Of a stretch of 44,798 bases of DNA, positions 37,015 through 44,798 are shown in pieces. The first letter of the stretch is position 1, and every line of letters starts with the position of its first letter. A program made the translations under genes and the position numbers. Origin of the DNA: Conidiobolus incongruus B7586 (lineage: Eukaryota); the NCBI GenBank assembly GCA_000697335.1, contig JNEM01006047.1, positions 1 to 44,798 on the forward strand, given 5' to 3'. The notes under the pieces were generated by a model. That model was not told the origin of the DNA. It made no database searches and saw only the letters and a program-made list of their open reading frames with translations.

Positions 37015-40000
37015 TTAATAATCCCGTTTGATTGATTGCATTTGATTGATAGAAATGTATTCATCAATCATGGATTGTGCAAATTTAATGACTGATGTCC
37101 ATTTGAAAGTGTAAAGATTGTGAGGAAATTCTATCTCTCCAGCCTTACATTTGGCCATTGTTACAGGAAATTTATCTTGTAGCACAACAAGTGTTAAAGC
37201 AGGCCTTCCCAATAAATTATGATTGGCCAACTTTTTATAACTGTTAGCTATCATAGAGGAGATTTCTTCATTCTTTGCTAAAGGTTGTGAAATATCAAAC
37301 TTTTTGGAAGAATAATATATGTGGGGAGTATATGACATAGCACATAAAATACAAGACAATCCAAACAAACCCTCAACATTGTAGTGCTTTAAATATTTAG
37401 CAGCTTGCTCAAGCATATTTGTGATAGATAACCATAAACTCATCGGATCGACTTCCAAAGTAAAATCATTAATATCACTATTATGAATAAACATAAGGCA
37501 GCATTCCAAATATCTAGCCAACGCCTGTTTCTTTTGGAATTCAGTCGTTGATTGATCATTTACAACCATTTGACATTTAGATTTCCATTCTTTAGCAATG
37601 TCATTCATTTTGGCCATCTTAGACCTAAGAGATGGTGTAATTTCGCGTGGTGTTATGGTGGGGATAACATCTTTTGGTAAGGAATGGTAAGAATTAGATT
37701 GAGCCTGTATTGATGGCTGAGGACGAGGAGCTGGTAGCTTTCCTTCTGATTCTTGAATAGGTTTAGATTTAGTGGAGTTAATCTTAGAAGGCACAGACGA
37801 GGTATGCGGTTCAGGAGCTGGTGAAGCTGTAGAATTTTTCGAGATCGGAAGTTTGGTAGATTCAGTTTTAGGTGGTTGAGATCCAATAATGGGAGATAAA
37901 TGCTGTTTACTACCTCGACGTTGAATTTTGGTTGAATTTTTGACCATTCCTCTACTGATAGACTGTTTTTGGATATCATTATCGGTACCAGAAGGAATAT
38001 GAGTTTCTTCTCTTGTTCGCTTTTGAGAAGATTTAGTATGTGCATCTTTGTATTCAGGAGATGTACTTAAATAGTCATCATGAATGGGTTGAGTTGGGAT
38101 TCGTTTTTCTTTAGTATTTAATGATTTGGTACCAATAGTTCTGAGTTTTTGATATTTATGGAACTTAGTAAAACATTTAGTTTGGAAATCAATTTGTTTT
38201 TGACTGGGAAGAGTAATAGTCACAAGGATCTTCTTCACTGATAAAGTTTGGGAACCAGGAGCATTTGATTTCAGATTAGGCTTGGAAGATTTTTTGATAC
38301 CAAGAGAACTGGCACTGGTATCCGATTGAGGCATTGGGACCGATTTGGTCTTATTTGGTGCGGATGGATTAGTTTTGTCGATTGATGACGTATTTCTCTT
38401 TGTATTCATTGATTTTTGTGCATCTTCACTTCGCAACGTTGAATCGATTGTATTAAAACTATGTTTAGATAAAGAAGGTTTAACAGCAGGAATAGGCTTT
38501 AAAATAGTATTTTGAGCCAAAAGACTAATATTATCCAATGGCTTTTCGGATTTAACTTCTTGTTTTATATCTTGCTTGATAGCATTAGAAGCTGAGCTTG
38601 AAGCTATCTTTATGGCAGAATTAGATTTAATAGATTTTGATCGAAGTGAGGATTGTTTCAATGCCGGTTTTTCATGTTGAGATGATTTACCATTGCGATC
38701 AAGACGATTTTCATTGCCAGCTAAACCGGGTGATGGTTTTTGACGCGATAATTCAGGAGAAAGCGATTCATCGTTCTTAAGCTTAGTAACTTTTTCTTCT
38801 ACTTTAATAGGCGCAGATTGAGATATAGGTGATTTTTTAGGGCTAATTGGTATTTTCCATTTTCCTATTCCACTAGATTTATCGAACAAAATATCATAAC
38901 CTTTAGATTTTACGTTGTGAATAAATGATTCGCGGGCTTTGGTAGACATTTTATCACCTGAGGTTGATAATAACTCTAACGATCTAAAAGGAGATTTGGA
39001 GGATAAAGAATGCAAGCAAGTTTGAAGAGCGAATATACCAATAGCATCATCAAATTTGCTATCCGAGTGAGAAATTTTTTGAATATCAACATAAGATTTG
39101 TGAAGAGCTTCAGAGCCAGTCTTGGAGCCATCCAATAACTCTCTATTAATTAATTTGAAATAAGGTCTAGATGATTCATCTATTGGTTTGGGTTCTGACA
39201 CTTCTTTTTTAATAACAGGTGTGGTAATGGCTTTAGAGGGCGATGGGTTCAGTATAGGACTATTGACTGCAGCTTCGATTTTCTCAGCAGCCTTGGTCTC
39301 AGATTGGGGATCTGGCTTCTGGGACTGTACCAAATTTCCTGGATTTTGCTTCTTTAAACTATTTAAACCTAGTTTCTCTGACTCTGTTTGAGCTAATCGC
39401 TTGGTCCTGTCATCAGATTGAGTGGAATCATTTTTGGTACTTTCCTCAGGTAAAACAATATGATTTGGCAATTGAGAAGGCTGTGAAGAAAGGCCACGAT
39501 TTTGACTTTGAATACCATATGACTTATTACCTAAACCGATATGATTTGGTCTATCGTTCCTAAAGTTTGCCCTTTGAATTGGATGATAAGGAGGAATCTC
39601 GGGAGGTAGTTTGTGAACTTTCTTCTCATTATCTTCGAAATAAACAGTTCTGCCATTATGATCAATAGGATTAGCATTTTTAGGATCAAATGTTGATTGC
39701 CAAGAGGAGTGGTATAGAATATTGTGGCCGTAGTGGTTAAATAATGAAAGTTGTTTTTGTGGAAAATTGGTAGCGTATCGTTTATGCCCTAGCGGATGGC
39801 TTATTGGTTTGGATTCATTGGATTTTAATTCAGTTAGGAGTTCAGTAATTTCAGAGGGCGTTTTAGCCATTTTCTCGATAAAGAAAGGATCAATAGGGCC
39901 ACCCACAGAGGTTTTAAAAATGTTCACAGCTTCATGAATTACATTATCTGAGTAATGAAATGAAGAATCGGTGGTTTTAGGTGTATGAGAAGTTAATATA

Positions 40001-40215
40001 TTACTTGAAAAAGGACTAGCACGGTGAGACATGAGATTTTGAAATAAAGAGTGTACAGGAATTCCTTCTGGAATTGAACGAGGATTAGTAAAGGATTTCT
40101 TTGGAATTTTTTTCGATGAATGTCTATTATCAGGACCTTCAAAATCCTTTGTTAGAGCCCTAAATCTATTCCCAATTATGGGTGTACTCTGAGGAGTTTG
40201 TTTTGAGGGATCCAT
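37015..40215 (-). CDS. 1066-aa Ser/Lys/Pro-rich protein with a helical C-terminal domain resembling Ebp1/AF4 C-terminal domain
   Basis: Long uninterrupted ORF in an AT-rich genome. Mostly low complexity, ending in about 200 aa with AKEWK...YLECCLMF...LW...LFGL...LQDKFPVT...VIKFAQSMIDEY. The ORF is secure; the function is tentative. Confidence 0.7.
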   Translation of the reverse strand: MDPSKQTPQSTPIIGNRFRALTKDFEGPDNRHSSKKIPKKSFTNPRSIPEGIPVHSLFQNLMSHRASPFSSNILTSHTPKTTDSSFHYSDNVIHEAVNIFKTSVGGPIDPFFIEKMAKTPSEITELLTELKSNESKPISHPLGHKRYATNFPQKQLSLFNHYGHNILYHSSWQSTFDPKNANPIDHNGRTVYFEDNEKKVHKLPPEIPPYHPIQRANFRNDRPNHIGLGNKSYGIQSQNRGLSSQPSQLPNHIVLPEESTKNDSTQSDDRTKRLAQTESEKLGLNSLKKQNPGNLVQSQKPDPQSETKAAEKIEAAVNSPILNPSPSKAITTPVIKKEVSEPKPIDESSRPYFKLINRELLDGSKTGSEALHKSYVDIQKISHSDSKFDDAIGIFALQTCLHSLSSKSPFRSLELLSTSGDKMSTKARESFIHNVKSKGYDILFDKSSGIGKWKIPISPKKSPISQSAPIKVEEKVTKLKNDESLSPELSRQKPSPGLAGNENRLDRNGKSSQHEKPALKQSSLRSKSIKSNSAIKIASSSASNAIKQDIKQEVKSEKPLDNISLLAQNTILKPIPAVKPSLSKHSFNTIDSTLRSEDAQKSMNTKRNTSSIDKTNPSAPNKTKSVPMPQSDTSASSLGIKKSSKPNLKSNAPGSQTLSVKKILVTITLPSQKQIDFQTKCFTKFHKYQKLRTIGTKSLNTKEKRIPTQPIHDDYLSTSPEYKDAHTKSSQKRTREETHIPSGTDNDIQKQSISRGMVKNSTKIQRRGSKQHLSPIIGSQPPKTESTKLPISKNSTASPAPEPHTSSVPSKINSTKSKPIQESEGKLPAPRPQPSIQAQSNSYHSLPKDVIPTITPREITPSLRSKMAKMNDIAKEWKSKCQMVVNDQSTTEFQKKQALARYLECCLMFIHNSDINDFTLEVDPMSLWLSITNMLEQAAKYLKHYNVEGLFGLSCILCAMSYTPHIYYSSKKFDISQPLAKNEEISSMIANSYKKLANHNLLGRPALTLVVLQDKFPVTMAKCKAGEIEFPHNLYTFKWTSVIKFAQSMIDEYISINQMQSIKRDY

Positions 40216-41727
40216 AATAAAATTATAATATACTGAATAAAAAGGATAGAATAACTTGATGCTTAAGTAATAATAATATTATTTTATGAATTTAGCATAT
40301 AGTTTGAATTATGAATAAATGGATTTAGCATACAAAAGAACAAGATTGATCATTATCATTTGAGTAAACCACAATCAAATTAAATTTCAATTCATCATCT
40401 AGCATATATTATATTACACATTTCCTATTTTAGTATTATTTTCAATTGATGTAATTTTGATTATTGGATAAATTGAATACTAGATGATATTTAATATTGT
40501 TGAGTTGGCATTCTAGTAATACAATTTTGAGATTTACATTTTCTACTTGAAACCTTTATAATATAATGTTATAGCTTTTTTAGTTGTTATTTTCAACATT
40601 ATAAAATTAAAAGCAATCTAATGAAATTTATATATATGACCAATTAGATTTAATAGAATTGGTTTTTCAATTTCACTATTTAGTTGATTGGTCATATTTT
40701 AATATTCGTGAAAATTTCGGAGATATTTTCAAATCATATGACTGAAACAGAAATTTTTACGTTTCTGAATTACCATTTAAAAATAATGATGAAATAAAAA
40801 TTTTAATATTTTGTTAAATAATTATATATTTAAATCAAATAAATATAATTTTGAATTCAAATTTTAGCATATATTAAATTATTCATACTAGGATTTATAT
40901 TTGCAATATATATTATCAATCATTAGTGGTGTGAATTTTCATTGTTATAATTTAATATGAAATAAAGGTAACTTGGTTCAAATATTTTAATAATATAATT
41001 CAAGCTCGAAATTGTTAAAATATTAGAAGTAAATGATAAAATTATAAAAACTCAAGAATATCTGATTTTCATACTGTTGTTGTGAACTTGTACTATAAAA
41101 GTATTAATAATAATATAGAAAATGAAAATTTTTTATTTGATTTATATCAAAATCTAATAATTTAACGAAAACTTCAAGTATAAACTGATTTAAGGGTTTT
41201 TTATTGATATTTTAGTGATTTAGAATATTCTGGATATAAAATTTGTAAGAATTGATGAATTACTTTGAAATTTCTTTTAAAAAATTGGAGAATAACAGTA
41301 TAGCTATGATATTACTATAATTATTATATGTTATTTTTAAATATTAATCAGTAATTAGATTTTCGACATAATAATGAAATACAGTTTAAGAGGATGATTA
41401 TATTACTCATGTGACTAATAACAATAATTTAATATAATATTATTTAATCTTTGAATATTAATTAATACATTCCAAGTTTAAATAAGAATATATTATCAAA
41501 TATTTTCCTTAATAATTGATAATATTAAAAGTAAAATATATGATATATTTTGTGATATAATTTTGAATGATTTACATTGAATTCTTGAAAATACACTGTT
41601 TAGTATTATTGATAATTGAGTCAAAAATCAGCTTGAAAAAAAGCAAATTGGCATTAAAAGTAATTGTATATATTTGTATGTAAATAATGTGATAAATGTT
41701 TATGATATAAATTTGATTTAAAAATAA

Positions 41728-42277
41728 TTAAGCTTTTAATAAAAAGGATTCTAGAGCTTTTTTCAAGTCTCCTCCATTTTCTTTCAAGATATTTTCAGCT
41801 TCGGTCTCATCCACTTCCAATTCCTTTTTCTATAAATTGGTTAATATTAATAAAATAGAAAATCGAATTAATATAATTTACCAATATAGGAATATGTTCT
41901 TTTTGGATAGATATTTTATCAAGAGCCTTTTTACTATAAAAGAAGGTTTTAATTTTTAATTCACTGCTGGATTGAATAATATATATATATTACGCTTGAG
42001 CAATTTCAGATTGTCTCTTTTGAACGTCATTTCTAAAATAATCTAAAACCTATAAAAATTAATACTGGTTATTGTAGAAAAAATGTTATTCGGTTACTTC
42101 TTTGACCCGGGCTTGAGGTAAATGAGTTTGTTCAACTTCAGTCATTCCAGTCATGCTCTTCATATCCTTGTTAGCTTGTCCTTGAATTCCCTGTTCTTCA
42201 ACTTCTTCTTCTTCATCTAAGTCTTTATCTCTGTTATCTTCAACATTTTCGTTTTCAATTGGCTTTTTTTCAGTCAT
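41728..42277 (-). CDS. HYPK: HYPK-like (huntingtin-interacting protein K) NatA regulator, 4 exons
   Basis: Acidic N-terminus. Three GT-AG introns give ...KKALDKISIQKEHIPILKKELEVDETEAENILKENGGDLKKALESFLLKA*, a HYPK-type UBA tail. Confidence 0.82.
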
Positions 42278-42673
42278 TTTGATTAATAAATTAATATTTG
42301 ATTATATTATCAATGAATTCACACATTGTGGGTAAAATATACATTAAATAGAAATAATTTGAAATTATGGGACCAAAACTTTATCTCATTAAAATACCTG
42401 TTAAAACATCGATATAAAAAAATTACATTATTATTGAGATACTCTACAAAATATTATATCAAAATATAAGTATGTTGCATATATTTAAATTTTTATATCA
42501 ATGGTTTTATCAAAATATTTAGATTATTTGAACTTTTTAAATTTTCATCAATGATCTATAACTTAAAGGTATTTAATCCCATAATATTTTACTCAACAAG
42601 AAAATATATATTTCAATCTAAAAAATCGAAAATCAATATTAATTAAATTTATTAAAATTCAATATAAATCAAA
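42278..42673. promoter_or_regulatory. Probable bidirectional promoter between HYPK and NOP10
   Basis: 396-bp head-to-head spacer with one CCCATA about 90 bp upstream of each ATG (42366 on -, 42578 on +). Confidence 0.55.
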
Positions 42674-42868
42674 ATGCATTTAATGTACTATAAGAACGAA
42701 AAAGGTCAAAGAGTTTACACTTTAAAGAAACAAGCTCCCGATGGTTCTGCTACCCTTTCAGCTCACCCTGCCCGCTTTTCACCCGATGACAAATTCTCTC
42801 GCCACCGTGTTACTTTCAAAAAGAGATTAGGTATCTTACCCACCCAGCAAAAGCCTCAAGTTTGGTAG
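42674..42868 (+). CDS. NOP10: H/ACA snoRNP subunit Nop10, 64 aa
   Basis: MHLMY...RVYTLKK...[23 protein letters not shown]. Confidence 0.97.
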   Translation: MHLMYYKNEKGQRVYTLKKQAPDGSATLSAHPARFSPDDKFSRHRVTFKKRLGILPTQQKPQVW

Positions 42869-43936
42869 ACATTATTAATAGAGTATATCTACTAGTATAG
42901 AACTTCTATCTTATATTACTTTTATCAGTTTATTTCTGATAATAGATAGTTAATTTGACGAATCTACCCGGTATTATAAACAAATTTTATTTCTTTCTAA
43001 CAATCCTCAATTTTAATATTTAATATTTAATATGTATAGTTGACCATAATACTTATCCTCACAGACATCTTCTAACAGAAAAATTATTCGTATTTTGATT
43101 TATATTGATCTTTGAACTAGCATGTAATTATCTATTTTCTGATATAACTTTAATATTATTATAGATACATATAAGTATTTAATCAATAATCATTTTACTA
43201 TTTTTAAACTGAGATATCGTTTTTATTATAATTTACATTTTTATTGAATACATATATTTTTAAGCCATACTATAGTTTATTTCATGATTTATATCGAATA
43301 TTAAATTTTCTTTGATCATAATATTATACAGTATATTATTTTAATTTCTTCTTGAATTTTGCCAAGCTATATATTGATTATATCAATAACAAAACTATTA
43401 TTTATTTGACTTTAATTTATGATTGATTGATATATCATATAAATAAATTTAATCCATAGACAATCTTGATGCTATAACTGATATTTTAATCAATATATCA
43501 AAATTTTAAATATTTATAACATATATCATTGCATTTAATCATTTCATCACATTAACTATTTTATTTTACTTGATTAAACTATATCAAAGAAGGTAATGAA
43601 AATGTTTTGCAATTAACAAGTTCAATATTCAAATCTTTTGAATTTTATACACTATGAATTGATTTATCAAAATTGCAGCATTATTTTCGTTTTAATCACT
43701 TAATATTGCTATTTAATAAATGATATTTCATTATATTTATATTATATTTTTATCATTATATGAGCTTGTATTCTGATTTCATTTAATTTATTTCAAATTC
43801 AATTATTTAATATTTGTTCAATATTAACTAACCGACCAATAAAAATCAAGGAATTAGTAAGTTAAAATTAAATTTAGTGAAAAGGGTTAATTATTAGTAA
43901 TTTGTACTTCTTGAAATCATTATCAAACATAAAAAA

Positions 43937-44798
43937 ATGTATACATCTAACAGTACCCAAATGACTCATCCTTTCGCAAACCTATTAAGGGAGGCTTTTG
44001 AACGAGTAGAGAAACGGAAAGCTTCTAAAAATAAAGGAAAGTCTAAACTTGATTTAAATGTATTAGCAGGTTCTAGTGCAAGAAAGAGAAAGATTAATGA
44101 CCCAATTTCATCTACTGATCATAAAGATCATGAACGTGAACTAAGTCCAAAGGTATTTTTTAATATGTATCTTTAGATTTACTATACTTATCTACTTATT
44201 TTTATGATATTATATTTAGCCTTTACAATATGAAAATCGTAGGTGCAAAACAAAATTAAATATTAAATATATACTAATTTGAATTATAGCTATATATTAT
44301 TGCTTGGGATGCCCTGAAAAATTTACTAAAAGAGCTTCATTTTTAATTCATAAGAAAGTTTGTCCTGGAAGAGATCAAGTAAACTGGTTTATTTATTTAT
44401 TTTTCATTATCTAATTAATTTTTAGGCAAAGATTCAAGAGTTTTTATCAGCTAATAATGCTAAGAGATCTAAAGGAGATATTATTTTATGCGTTTGTACT
44501 AACACCGACAAACAAGCTCAAGCTGATGACGATGGACCTATGGTCCAATGTGATTGGTGCGAAGCTTGGCTCCATATACAATGTTTACCATCTAACCTAA
44601 TGCCATCTTATTTATATTATTGTAATCGATGTATTGAGCAATATAATGGCCCAGAAGTGGAACAGCTTAATTTGTATAGTAATACAAGCGTAAACAATAC
44701 ATATATAACTTCTGAAAAAAAGACCAAAACTGTGACTTTCAACATTCATCCAGAGCTCGATTCAGATCCTCCTTTGGATAACTTGAATGAATATACTA
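43937..44798 (+). CDS. Zinc-finger plus PHD-finger protein, 3' end beyond window; exons 43937-44152, 44220-44238, 44290-44378, 44426->44798
   Basis: GT-AG splicing yields YYCLGCPEKF....FLIHKKVC (C2HC-type finger) and CVC...MVQCDWCEAWLHIQC...YYCNRC (C4HC3 PHD); the frame stays open to the window end. Confidence 0.82.

Overview
Eukaryotic genomic DNA: very AT-rich intergenic sequence, GC-richer exons and many ~45-70 nt spliceosomal introns. Gene content and composition suggest an early-diverging fungus (Entomophthorales/Conidiobolus-like; inference). Genes in order: type III glutamine synthetase with an intronless CDS (-), MFS transporter (+), ANKRD40-like ankyrin protein (-), secreted class 3 lipase (+), VPS16 (13 exons, -), SEC9-like SNARE (+), tRNA-Ile(AAT) (-), TSR2 (-), a disrupted TFIIIC subunit 6 gene (+), mitochondrial uL23 (-), CBP6/UQCC2 (+), Bni4-like PP1 regulator (+), delta-6-type fatty acid elongase (-), presequence protease CYM1 (-), a 1066-aa Ebp1/AF4-like protein (-), HYPK (-), NOP10 (+) and a zinc-finger/PHD gene running off the end (+). 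Best observations not visible in the ORF track: a recurrent oriented CCCATA motif 90-245 bp upstream of most housekeeping genes, a 404-bp solo LTR with a near-perfect 5-bp target duplication, a multiply lesioned TFIIIC-6 pseudogene, a second decayed gene, and a GC-AG intron in VPS16. I found no evidence for a novel multi-gene system. All family assignments come from motif recognition by eye, not database searches.
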